Origin: Lama glama
Taxonomy: Eukaryota
NCBI GenBank assembly: GCA_028534125.1
Contig: CM052817.1
Span: forward strand, 78,990,001-79,054,000
Direction: 5' to 3'
DNA: 64,000 nucleotides
Below are positions 49,781-62,400 of this stretch, piece after piece (position 1 is the stretch's first letter; every line of letters begins with the position of its first letter). Made by a program: the position numbers and the translations under genes. The notes beneath the pieces were generated by a model. It saw nothing but the letters and a program-made list of their open reading frames with translations. It had not been told where the DNA came from and did not search any database.

Positions 49781-51948
49781 CTATATTGAATAGGAGTGGT
49801 GATAGTGGGCATCCTTGTCTTGTCCCAGATTTTAGTGGGAAGCTTTTGAGTTTTTCACCATTGAGTACTATGCTGGCTGTAGGTTTGTGATATATAGCTT
49901 TTATTATGTTGAGATATGTTCCCTCTATACCCATTTTGGTGAGAGTTTTCAACATAGTCTTGGAAGTCCTAGCCACAGCAGTCAGACAAGAGAGAGAAAT
50001 AAAAGGTATCCAAATTGGAAAAGAAGAGGTAAAAGTCTCACTATATGCCGATGACATGTTACTATATATAGAAAACCCTAAAAGGTCCACACAAAAGCTA
50101 CTAGAGCTGATCGAAGAATTCAGCAAGGTAGCAGGTTACAAGATTAACGTTCAAAAATCAGTTGCATTTCTTTACACTAATGACGAATCAACAGAAAAAG
50201 AAAGTAAATAAACAATCCCCTTTAAAATAGCACCCAAAGTAATAAAATACCTAGGAATAAATCTAACCAAGGAGGTGAAAGAATTATACACAACTATAAA
50301 CCACTGATGAAGGAAATTAAAGAAGACTTTAAAAAATGAGAAGATATCCCATGCTCTTGGATTGGAAGAATCAATATTGTTAAAATGGTCACACTGCCCA
50401 AGGCAATCTACAGATTTCATGCAATCCCTATCAAATTACCCAGGACACATTTCACAGAACTAGAACAAATCATAATCAAATTTATATGGAACCATCAAAG
50501 ACCTAGAATTGCCAAATCAGTACTGAAGAGAAAGAAAGAGGCTGGAGGAATAACTCTCCCAGACTTCAGACAATACTATAGAGCTGTAGTCATCAAGACA
50601 GCATGGTATTGGAACAAAAACAGACATATAGACCAATGGAACAGAGCCCAGAAATGAACCCACAAATTTCTGGTCAACTAATCTTTGACAAAGGAGGCAA
50701 GACTATACAATGGAATAAAGACAGTCTCTTCAGCAGATGGTGTTGGGAAAACCGGACAGGAGCATGTAAAATAGTGAAGCTAGAACACTCCCTTACAATA
50801 TACACAAAAATCAACTCAAAATGGATCAAAGACTTAAACATAAGACAAGAGACAATAAACCTCCTAGAGGAAAATACAGGCAAAACATTATCTGACATAC
50901 ATCTCAAAAATTTTCTCCTAGAANNNNNNNNNNNNNNNNNNNNNNNNNNNNNNNNNNNNNNNNNNNNNNNNNNNNNNNNNNNNNNNNNNNNNNNNNNNNN
51001 NNNNNNNNNNNNNNNNNNNNNNNAAATAGGCAGAAGACCTCAACAAGCAATTCTCCAAGGAAGACATACAAATGATCAATAAGCACATGAAAAAATGCTC
51101 AATATCATTATCAGAGAAATGCAAATCAAAACTACAATGAGGTATCACCTCATGCCAGTCAGAATGGCCATCATTCAAAAATCCACCAATAACAAACGCT
51201 GGAGAGGCTGTGGAGAAAGGGGAACCCTCCTACACTGCTGGTGGGAATGCAGTTTGGTGCAGCCACTATGGAAAACAGTAAGGAGATTCCTCAAAAGACT
51301 AGGAATAGACTTACCAGATGACCCAGGAATCCCACTCCTGGGCTTGTACCCAGAAGGAAATCTACTTCAAAATGACACCTGCACCCCAATGTTCATAGCA
51401 GAATTATTTACAATAGCCAAGACATGGAAACAGCTTAAATGTCCATCAACAGATGACTGGGTAAAGAAAAAGTGGTATATTTATACAATGGAATACTACT
51501 TAGCCATAAAAACCAACAACATAATGCCATTTGCAGCAACATGGATGCTCCTGGAGAATGTCATTCTGAGTGAACTAAGCCAGAAAGAGAAAGAAAAATA
51601 CCATATGAGATCGCATATATGTGGAGTCTAAAAAACAAAAACAAAAACAAAAACACAAAGCATAAATACAAAACAGAAAGACTCACAGACATAGAATACA
51701 AACTTGCGGTTGCCAAGGGAGTGGAGGGTGGGAAGGGATAGGCGGGATTTCAAAATTGTAGAATAGATAAACAAGATTATACTGTATAGCACAGGGAAAT
51801 ATACACAAGATCTTACGGTAGCTCACAGAGAAAAAAATGTGACAATGAATATATATATGTTCATGTATAACTGAAAAATTGTGCTCTACACTGGAATTTG
51901 ACACAACATTGTAAAATGATTATAAATCAATAAAAAATGTTAAAAAAA
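49781..51948 (+). mobile_element. Young L1 with 5' inversion (inverted 49781-49949, sense 49948-51948)
   Basis: The minus [23 protein letters not shown]...[15 protein letters not shown] abuts the plus [17 protein letters not shown]...YADDM. The 3' end is like that at 20360-21257. Confidence 0.95.
50924..51023. other. Assembly gap (100 N) inside the young L1
   Basis: Run of N. Confidence 0.98.
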
Positions 51949-53026
51949 CTAACTTTATGACCTAAAGGAAACAGAAAAAGAATAAATAAAGCCCAAAGTT
52001 AGAATGAACAAAGTAACAAAAATCAGATTAAAAAAAAATAAAATAGAGCCTAAAATGTCAATAGAGAAGATCAATGAAACTAGGAGCTGGTTCTTAGAAA
52101 AGAAACAAAACTGGTAAATCTTAAGCTAGACTCACAAGAAAACAGAGAGGGCTCCAATAAATATAATCAGAATTAAAAGAGGAGAAGTTACAACTGATAC
52201 CACAGAAATACGAATTATAAGAGGCTACTATGAAAAACTACACACCAAAAATTGGACAATCCAGAAAAAAAGGGATAAATTTATAGAAACATACAATCTT
52301 CTAAGACTGAATCAAGAAGAAATAGAAAATCTGAATAGACTAATTACTAGTAAGGAGGTTGAATCAGTAATCAAAAACCTCCCACCAAATGTCCAGAGCC
52401 AGACAGCTTCACTCTTGAATTCTACCAAATATTTAATGATGATTTAATACGTATCCTTCTCAAACTCCTCCAAAAAACTGAAGAGGAAAGAATGCTTCTT
52501 TATTCATTCTATAACACCAGCAGCACCATGATACCAAAACCAGAAAAGGATGCCACAAGAAAAGAAAATTACAGGCCAATATCCCTGATAAACACAGATG
52601 CAAAAATCCTCAACAAAATATTAGCAAATGGAAATCAATAATACATTAAAAGAATCATGCAACATGAACAGGTGGGATTTACTCCAGGGGTACAAAGATC
52701 ATTCAACATTCACAAATCAATGTGGTATACCATGTTAACAAAATAAATGATAAACATCATATGATCATCTCAATGGATTCATAAAAAGCATTTAACAAAA
52801 TTCAATATTCATTTCTGATTAAAAAAAAAAACTCTCAACAAAGCGGGCATAGAGGGAATGTACCTCAACATAATAAAGGCAATATTGACAAGCCCAAAGC
52901 TAACATCATAATCAACAGCGCATAGAAAAGAATAAAATATCTAGGAATAAATTTAACCCAACAGGTAAAAGATCTGTATACCGAAGACTTGTAAGACATT
53001 GAAAAAAGAAATTGAAGACACAAATA

Positions 53027-53445
53027 CAGGTTCTCCTGCTATTCAAAAGTAGAACATTCCTATGAAGCCTTTTGTAAGCTGAAATCTCAAAAAAACAAAG
53101 AAGCAATTACTTTAGGACACTTCTTGCTAATGGATGCATTTAAATCGAGATAAAGCACAGATGCTCATAAACACAGTTCCAAGCTAAGGCAGCTTGATGC
53201 TGAGAGGCTTAGTATAGTTTCCAGGGAGGGTGCTTGGTGGTACCACTCTCACTGTTCAGGTGCATGCTGCTTCTATGATGGCTCACTGCAAAGCACACAC
53301 TGAACACTATTTTTGCTTTTCACCTTTCTCATAAAAGCAAAAATCACTCTTGGATTTCTGTTAGTTAGGAAAAACAGATACAAATTAGGTCTTTCATAAA
53401 GGTGAAATATAATAAAGCAAACTTTCAAAAAGCAGTGAATAACCA
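53027..53445 (-). mobile_element. Non-autonomous Tigger (TcMar) DNA transposon, Tigger1_Art-like
   Basis: Degenerate TIRs caggttctcctgct...agcagtgaataacc and TA duplication. The host L1 reads gaagacacaaaTA | TAaatgaagagtattcc across it. Confidence 0.8.
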
Positions 53446-54636
53446 TAAATGAAGAGTATTCCATGCTCATGAATTAAAGAATTAATATTGCTAAAATGAC
53501 CATGTTACCCAAAGCAATCTACAGTCATCCCTATCAAAATCCCAATGGCATTTTTCAAAGAAATAGAACAATCCTAAATTTGTATGGCACCACAAAAAAA
53601 AAAAAAGAAAAAAGAAAGAAAGAAACCAATAACCAAAGCAATCTTGGAAAAAAAGAACAAAGCTGGAGTCAGCCTGCTCCTTGATTTCAAACAAAGCTAT
53701 AGTAATAAAAACAATATGGTATTGGCATAAGAACAAATACATAGATCAAAGCAACAGAATAGAGTCCAGAAATAAACTTATGCATAGTCAATTAATATAC
53801 AACAAAGGAGGCAAGAATATACAATGGGGAAAAGATAGCCTCTTCAATTTATAGTGCTAGAAAACTTGACACCATACGTAAAACAATGAAACCCAACTAC
53901 TGGCTTACACCATACACAAAAATTAACTTAAAATGACTTGAATGTAAGACCTGAAAGTATAAAACTCCTAGAAGAAAATATAGGTGATAAGTTCCTTGAC
54001 ATCAATCTTGGTGATGATTTTCTCAATCTGACTCCAGAAGAAAGGCAACAAAAGCAGAAACAAACAAGTTGGGACTACATCAAACTAAAAAGCTTCTGCA
54101 TGGCAAAGAAAACCATCAACAAAATGAAAAAGTAACTCACTGAATGAGAGAAAATATTTTCAAATCATATATCCAACAAAGAATTAATATCCAAAATATA
54201 CAAAGAACTCATAAAATTCTATAGCAAAAAAAAAAATCAATTTGGTTAATAAAATGGGCAAAGGATTTAAATATACACTTTTTCCAGATACGACATACAG
54301 ATGGCCAACAGACACATGAAAAGATGTTTATGATGTCACTAATCATCAACACAAAGCAATACAAAATGCAAACCTCTAAACTACAATGAGATATCACTTC
54401 ATACCTGCCAGAATGGCTGTTATCAAAAAGACAGGAAATACCAAGTGTTGGTGAGGATGTGGAGAAAGGGAACTCTTGTACACTGTTGGTGGGGATATAA
54501 ATTGGTGCAGCCACTATGGGAAACAGTATGGAGGTTCCTCAAAAACTTAAAATAAGAACTACCATATGATCCAATAATTTTACTTCTAGGTATTTTTCTG
54601 AAGAAAACAAAACACTAATTCAAAAAGATACATACA

Positions 54637-54765
54637 GGAGGTAGGGTATAGTTCAGTGGCAGGGTGTATACTTAGCATGCATGAGGTCCTAGGTTCAATC
54701 TTCAGTACCTCCATTTAAAAAATAATTTAAAATAAATAAATAAATAAACCTAATTACCAGAAGAA
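54637..54765 (+). mobile_element. Vic-1-like SINE nested in L1
   Basis: gggtatagttcagtgg...cttagcatgcatgaggtcctaggttcaatc...aaacctaattacc. Degenerate TSD aaaaagatacataca / aaaacgatatatgca. Confidence 0.9.
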
Positions 54766-55779
54766 AAAACGATATATGCATTTGTATGTCCTTTGCAACA
54801 TTATTTACAATAGTCAATATAAGGAAGCAACCTAAGTATCCATCAATTGATAAATGAATAAAGTTGTGGTTTACACATGAACACACACATATATACCCAA
54901 TGGAATATTACTCAGCCATAAAAAAGAAGGAAATCTTGCCATTTGCAACATGAATGTACCTAGAGGGTATTATACTAAGTGAAATAAGTCAGAGAAAGAC
55001 CATATGATTTCACTTGTATGTAGAGTCTAAAAAAACAAAACAAAATGAAAACAGATTCATAGATACAGAAAATAGAATAGCAGCTAGAGGAAAGAGGGGT
55101 TTGAGAGTGGGTGAAATGAGTGAAGGGGGTCAAGAGGTACCAATGTCAAGCTATAGAATAAGTGGGGATGTAATATACATCATGGTGACTATAGTCAATA
55201 ATAATGTAGTGCATATTTGAAAGTTGCCAAGAGAGTAAATCTTAAAAATTCTGATCACAAGAAAAAAAAATTTTTGTAGCTTTGTATGGTGACAGATAGT
55301 AACTAGACTTACTGTGGTGATCATTTCAGTGTATACAAATATTGAATCATTATGTTGTACATCTGAAACTAATAAAGTGTTGTATGCCAATTCTATCTCA
55401 AAAAAAAAAAACAAAAGCATGGTCCATATGCAAAGCTGCTGTTGAGGAGCCTTAAATCCATAGGTATTTATCATTGCCAATCTATTGCAAGGAGTTTTGC
55501 TTTCTGTGGGGTTACTAAGAACTGCAGGAAAACAAAAACTAAGAAATCCTTCTGAAAGCCTCTGATAGGACAGGATCAAAATAACAGATGGTCACTCAGG
55601 TAAATTGCTGAATAAGGAAATTCAAATTGTTATTCGGAAATAGGGAAGGAGGGCAAGGTAGCTGGACTGTGGGAGGACCTATCTGCTGAGGACTTATGAC
55701 CCCCACTGCCCGCTTGCCCAAGGTCAGCTTTCCTGGGGCATCTTGAGAGAGGATTACCACTGATCTTGGTCACTAACTC

Positions 55780-56003
55780 TGTTAGTCAGGGTCCTCCAGA
55801 AAAACAGACCAATAGGATACATATAACTGATTGGATGAGGTCCACCCAATATGGAGGATAATCTGATGTACTCCAGTCTACTGATTCAAATGTTAATTAC
55901 GTCTAAAAAAAAATATCTTCAAGGTAACATCAAGACTGGCATTTGAACAAGCAACTGGACACCATGAACTAGCCAACCTGAAACATAAAATTAATTATCA
56001 TGC
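55780..56003 (-). mobile_element. Internally deleted MLT2 (ERVL) LTR
   Basis: ttagtcagggtcctccagaaaaacaga.ccaatagga is joined to actgattggatgaggtccaccc...acataaaattaa. Confidence 0.75.
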
Positions 56004-57009
56004 TAATGCATACATTGGATTCACATATTTGGTTTTTGGATCCCCTGGTTACATCTCTAAGGCATGGAATAGTTTCACAGTATTTTGCAAATCTCTCAAA
56101 TGTACCTCCTTTTTAAGGGAAGGAATTTGATTTTTTTCTTTAAATGCAGGTCAGATATTTAGCCTGTATTCACCCTGCATCTTATTTTGTTTAATGTTGT
56201 TGACAGGTGTTAACTATTTTGAATATCCACTCTGCCTTACTAGATATTTTCATAGTGTGTTAACAACTAGATTTTTCTTTTTAAAATGTTAGCTGCTTAA
56301 ACTGTCATTAAAGTGTAGTTTTAGGTCCTCCTCTAATGCGAGAATGATGTTTTGATGTACACATAGGATTGGGCCTGTTTTGCAAATTTCCACTTAGATG
56401 AACAGCATTTATTTGTTCTTTTCTGGCTTTTTTGCTGAATTCTTTTAACTACAATATATTTTTATTCAGGGAAAAAGTCAATTTTTCATTCAAGAAATGG
56501 GTAGTATAAGAACTTGAAGAGAATAAAGAAGGCACAGAGGCAGATAAATTGAGAAATACTTCCAAATACAAGAAAAGATGGTAAAACAGAGACAATAAAA
56601 GAGGCTGCAAAATCAATGAAGCATCTCTGCATTCCCTGAAAATTCTATTAACATTTTGAGAGACTGTAGCAATCATCTTCAAGAGCCACAATTTCTTTAA
56701 ACAGCAATAATTTGGAGATTGCTAATACTGCATAACATTTCTAAACAAGATTAGAGGGCCCTCAAATTGTCAGAATTATAAAATGAGTATAATAATGACT
56801 AAGTGCTGTTGACAGGTGGAAGCACCAGTCAGCAAGATCTATTGCTTTTCTTTGCATACTGACCTGAGTGTTATATTCCTATCCAACAAAAAATGATGCT
56901 TGAAGAATAACTATAAAATCATGTCAGTGATCTACCTTTAGCTATTCAATGCTAGCTTATAAACATTCTACAATTTACTTCATTTCTTTGTGCAAGAAAT
57001 ATTGCTGAA

Positions 57010-57090
57010 GGAGGGGTAGCCCAGTGTTAGAGTGCATGTTTAGCATGCTCGAGGTCCTGGGTTCAACCTGTAGTACCTCCGTTTAAAAAA
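57010..57090 (+). mobile_element. Short Vic-1-like SINE (tRNA head plus A-tail)
   Basis: tttagcatgctcgaggtcctgggttcaacc.gtagtacctcc. TSD AAATATTGCTGAA / AAATGTTGCTGAA. Confidence 0.9.
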
Positions 57091-57728
57091 AAATGTTGCT
57101 GAATTACCAACACATTAGATTGCTTTTAATGGCAAGATGTAATATAGAGGGAAAGATACAGCAAACACTAAACCACGGCAGATGATGAGCTTATTTTAAA
57201 AGACTGGAGATGTCAGCACAGCGTCTAGGTGGTCGAACCACCTCTAGACCTCCCATGGCTGCTCAGTGAGGACCTCGGCATGTGACTGGAGGCTCTAAAT
57301 TCTGTCTTCAGGGGAAGCCACAATAAATCCTCACCCAACATGAAAGGAAACTCCTATACTGAACTATTTCAGAGAGTTCTAATTCACATTCACACAGGCT
57401 GGAGCAGTCCAGATGGGAAGCAGACCTGATCCATACAATCACTGTAGGGCATTGCTTCCCCAAAGGTAGGCCTAGGGCAGCAGTCAGTGCCAGCACAAAC
57501 CTACCTGTCAAGAAGCTCCTGACAGCCTTGTTCTGACAGGAATGCCTGAGAGCCGTCTGTCCTGCTCCTTACTAAATAAATCATTCTATTTCAGGGGTCC
57601 TCAGGAAAGTAGCAAATTTTCATAGGCAGCCCCACAAATCAGAGATTGACCATGCCCTTCACCTGTGGAGTGGTTCCACTGAGGCCATTCAAGTAAAATG
57701 AATCCATCCACCTCCAGGCCACAGATCA

Positions 57729-57984
57729 TGGGAGGGGTGTGGGGATGAATGAAATGCGTGAGGGAGATTAAAAGGGGTACAAACTTTTAGTTACAAAATA
57801 AATTGAATCATGGGGATGAAACACACAGTATGGTGAGTACAGTCATTTATACTATATATCATTGTACGGTGACAGATGGTGACTATATATCATGGTGATC
57901 ATTTTGTAATATACAGAAATATCAAACCACTATGTGTGCACTGGAACTAACTATTGTAGGTCAATTATACTTCAATAAAAAAAT
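57729..57984 (+). mobile_element. 5'-truncated L1 3'UTR
   Basis: G-rich tract, ggtgacagatggtgacta, and gtaggtcaattatacttcaataaaaaaa. Confidence 0.85.
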
Positions 57985-59869
57985 ATGTGGACACTGGGAG
58001 GAAAGGCATCAAAATGCTCATGCTGGTTATCTGGGATTGAAAATTTCGGGTGATTGTTGTTTTTTATTTTATACTTTCATGCATTTCTAGTTTTCTGCAA
58101 TGAACATGTATTGCTTGTAACATTTAAAAGAAAACTATGTCACTAAAAATGGAAAAAAATTGTTAAGGTAGATTTCATGTTAAGTGTTCTTACCACAATA
58201 AAAAATAAACATTTAAACTACTAAAGACATACATACATAAAATGTTTGAGTTTTTACAGAGTCAGACAATATTTAGAAACCTTGGTAGAAGCTCTTCAGG
58301 ATGAAGAAGAAAAAAAATCAAAAGTTAGAAAAATAGAAGACTACAATGAAAAGATCTTGCCATGTTATGGCCTGTTTATTGGGATAATTAAAACATACCA
58401 GAAAAGAGATGTAAACAGAAGGAAGTAAGAGTCAAGGAGAATCTTTAGAGTCAAAAAACTATAAAGTCTACAAAATTTAGTACAATTTTTGCTTTAATCT
58501 ATTTTCTTTGCTCCACATAAAGCTGAAAACAAAACAACACAAAAAATTAAAAGTAACAAGAGCAAACCCATTTTAAAAACAACAATAGACAGTCACAAAA
58601 TTACCATGCAGTTTCACTTAAAACATTACTCTGACCTAGAAATGAAATGTATTACAGGGAAAAAAACCTCAATGTAAGAGCACAATATATTAAACACTCA
58701 ACAAAACCAAACATATATAATTCACATGAAAATCAAGTCAAGGGTCATTTCCTCATGGATGAAATTCAAGGAAATCAGCAAACTCAGAGAGTAAGATTTG
58801 GGTACAGTTAGTTTAAAGAGACAAAGGCAGGAATTCAGATCAGACAACAAAACAAACAGTAACTCAGGCTATAAGAAGTCTTGCTAGGGTTCTAGTAAAC
58901 GTTCTTGCTCAAAACATAAGGAAACAGAGTACCACATAAAGAATGGAGTTTGGTACTAAGACCTTCTGTGTGAGATACCTATATAATTCCCACCCAAGAC
59001 CAGAACTTTTCAAATTAGAACTGATCTGAGCCTCTGTGCAAACAAGAAAGTACAATGAGCTGGAGAGAGTGAGAGGAGGTGGGAAATTACTTTTTCAACC
59101 CATTATTCAGACTTCTGACAAACTTGAAAGGATAAAAACAATGCTTCTGCTTTCTGACCCTTAACAGGTATTTAAAAATAAAGACACACTTCTATTCTTG
59201 AAGTCCATTATTCTTCCTTTTAAGCTGAGTTAGAGTTCTTATCGACCTACTCTTTAGGTATATTTCACTAATGCTATGAGAACGCCATCCACCTACATTG
59301 AGTTGATCCACCTAGATAATTCAGGATTGAGTCAGGAACGATTCAAGAAAGAAACTGAGTGGCTTACATATTTCAACTGGGAAAAAGAAGAAAGAAAATT
59401 GTTTCAAAGACAATCTGTACATTGTGCATTGTAGTGCATAATGTAGAAGTTATTTTTTAAAAGAGACAATTGGATAACAAGAAGAGAGAAGGAAAGTAGT
59501 ATTCTGGCTGTGTGGCTAGAGAAAGCTGAATCAAAACCACCAGGGATCTTGAGATGACCTTACTCTCTAAGAGGAATAAAAAGATTGCTAACTGCCTACC
59601 CAATATCTGCTGCAATGAACGACTCTGTCGTTGAGATAGCATAGAATACTATTATTTGTGGACATGTTATTTGAGGCTTAGCAAGAATGGACAAGAAAAA
59701 TGACTTTCTTTCCTGAGAGGAGTCTAGACAGCTATTCAATACACATGCTTTCATACAAAATATATATATATATGGTATCAACAACCCAGGAGTAATAATT
59801 TAAGAAGTCCAAATTTTATACAAAGCACCAGAAAATGTCAATAACAGCAGCAATAAGCTTGGCTAACAA

Positions 59870-60250
59870 TTAATTACTGTTCCATATCCCCCAGCCTCCC
59901 TTGCTGATATGGCCTGTGGAACATAAATTAAAGTTATTGGGTGGAGCTTCTGGGAAAGTTCTTTAAACAGGGTTGACTCACTTACAAGGGTTATTATTTT
60001 TCTTTTCCCCTTGCATCCCTCTAGAATGCAGATGCAATTGCTAGAGGCCCATTGTGATAGTGGAGTGGTCTTGAAGATGAAGCAATAAGGTAATGACGGA
60101 GTAACAGAAAGTAAGTCTGGAGTCACCCATTCAGTCCAAGACTGGCTAATTCCAGCCTTCAGGCCACGTGAGAGGAAAGCAAGCTCCCTATCTTATTTAA
60201 ACCACTTGATTTCGAAATTTCTTCTATTAGCAGATGTTTGCAAGTCCCAA
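59870..60250 (+). mobile_element. Old ERVL solo LTR (LTR16-like)
   Basis: ccagcctcccttgc...gcttctgggaaagttctttaaa...cctatcttatttaaaccact. Confidence 0.55.
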
Positions 60251-60554
60251 ATTGGCTGAGAGAGCTTGTAGGGTGAATGGATCTAGGTGAGAGTATTCCA
60301 TTAGATTCTCATAGACTCATTTACATATACCATGATAGGCAAAGTCTAAAGCAAATACCTTTATAATGAGAAGGGACTTGAAGGAACCCACCTGAACATA
60401 TGGAGCTTTTCCCCTTTAGTCAAGTGTACTATTAAAGTTGTACCCAATTTTTTTTTGATCAAAATAAATTCCTATTTCCAAATCCATTTCTATACGTGAG
60501 TGATGATCTGAGTTTTAGAAAAAAAAAACCAACCAAGCTTTAAAACCTGGCTCT

Positions 60555-62200
60555 AGACCCCAAAAGCATAGGAAACAGAAGAAAATCTAGATAAATTGGA
60601 TTTTATCAAAATTAAGTTTTATTCATCAAAGACTACTCTCAAGAGTGAAAAGATGACCCTCAGGAGGGGAAAAAATAATTACAAATCATCTCTCTTACAA
60701 GGTATTAATATTCAGAATATATTAAGAACTACAACTCAACAACAAAAAAGCAAACAACTCAGTTCAAAAATGTAGAAAGGACCTGAATAGACATTTCTCC
60801 AAAGAAGACCTACCAATGGCCAATGAACACATGAAAAGACGTTCAACATCACTAGTCATTAGGAGAATGTAATTCAAAACCACAATAAGATACTACTTCA
60901 CACCTATCAGAATGTCTATTATCAAAAGAACACACACAAAAATAACAAGATTGCTGAGGATGTGGAGAAAATGGAACATTTGTGCATTGCTAGCGGGAAT
61001 ATGTAAAATGGTGTAGCCACTCTGGAATACAGAGATTCTTCAGAAAGGTAAAAATACAACTATCATATGATCTGCTGATCCACTTCTAGGTACATGCCTA
61101 CAAGACTGAAAGTAGTGATTCAAACAGGTGTTTGTACAGCATTATTCACTATAGCCAAGCAGTGGAAATAACCCAACAACTCAAAGATGAGCAAAATGTA
61201 ATACAGATATAGATACACACACGTATGTATATATATACATACATACATACACATACACACACACAATGGAACTTCATTTTATCTTAAGAAGGAATGAAAT
61301 TATGATAATATGCCCCAACATGGATAAACTTTATAAACACTATGCTAAGTGAAATAAGCAGACACAAAAGGATAAGTACTGTGATTTCATTTTTATGAGG
61401 TACCAGATGTGATGGTTGATTTATGTGTCAATTTGACTGGGCTAAGAGCTGCCCAGAGAGCTGGAAAAACAGTTTCTGGGTATGTCTGTGGAAAAAACTA
61501 TTATTTGAATCAGCAGGCTGTGTAAAGAAGACAGCCCTCCTCAATTTGGGTAGGATCATCCAATCCCTTGAAGGCCTGACAAAATGAAAAGGCAGAAGAA
61601 AGATAAATTCACTATCTCTGCTTAAGATGAGACATTCACCCTCTCCTGCCCTTGGACATGGTACTCCAGGTTCTCAAGCTTTTGGACTCAGACTAGAACT
61701 TACACCATCGGCAGCCCAATTCTCAGGACTTTGAAATTGAACTAAATTACACCACCAGCTTTCCTGGTTCTCCATCTTATAGACAACAGATCTTGGAATT
61801 CCTTAGCCTTCACAACCACATAAGCCAACTCTTATAATAAATCTCCTCTTACAAATACAAGTATTTATATACAAGTATATATATTAAGATATATATATAT
61901 GTGGGGGTGTGTGTGTGTATCTCCTGTTGGTTCTGTTTCTTAGGAAAACCCTGACTAATACACTAGAGTAATCAAAGTCACAGAGACAGAAAGTAGAATA
62001 AAGGTTTCCAGGGGTTGAGTGAAGAGGGGAATGAGAAGTTACTATTTAATACGTACAGAAATTCTGTTTGGGCTGATGCAGAGCCCTGGAAATGGATAGA
62101 GGTGATGGCTGTACCACACTGTGAATGTACTTAATGCTACTGAATTATATACCTTAAAATGGTTAAAATGGTAACTTTTATATTATGTGTTTTAAAAAAC
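60555..62200 (+). mobile_element. L1 (L1MA/MB-like) 3' portion interrupted by MLT2
   Basis: gacctgaatagacatttctccaaagaagac; gagacagaaagtagaat; cttaaaatggttaaaatggtaa. Confidence 0.85.
61408..61962 (+). mobile_element. MLT2 (MLT2B-like) ERVL solo LTR
   Basis: TGTGATGGTT.ATTTATGTGTCAA...GGTTCTGTTTCT...CCCTGACTAATACA, with a 5-bp TSD CCAGA/CTAGA. Confidence 0.92.
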
Positions 62201-62269
62201 TAGTTTTCATATGCATTAACCGTGAAACAAATAAAGCAGGTGGGAATTTCCAGAGTTAAAACAGTTCAA

Positions 62270-62400
62270 AACACCTACCCTGCAGGGACAATTATGGATT
62301 AAATGAAATGTAAATCTTACGGATGAAAGTTACACAGTTAGAGTCTTACATGAGGTAGTATGCAGGGCACCTCGCTCAGTACCTGAAACACTGAGAGCAG
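62270..62400 (+). mobile_element. MIR 3' remnant
   Basis: aacacctaccctgcaggg...ggattaaatgaaat. Confidence 0.45.

Larger units (their letters stand above)
45887..55405 (+). mobile_element. Originally full-length, now decayed L1 with four nested insertions
   Basis: 5'UTR from caagatgg (about 45898), a spacer, then ORF2 from about 48828 (ORF 49181-49657 is endonuclease-like), 3'UTR and A-tail. TSD AAAAAACAAGAGCATAG (45870-45886) / AAAAAACAAAAGCATGG (55406-55422). Confidence 0.9.
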
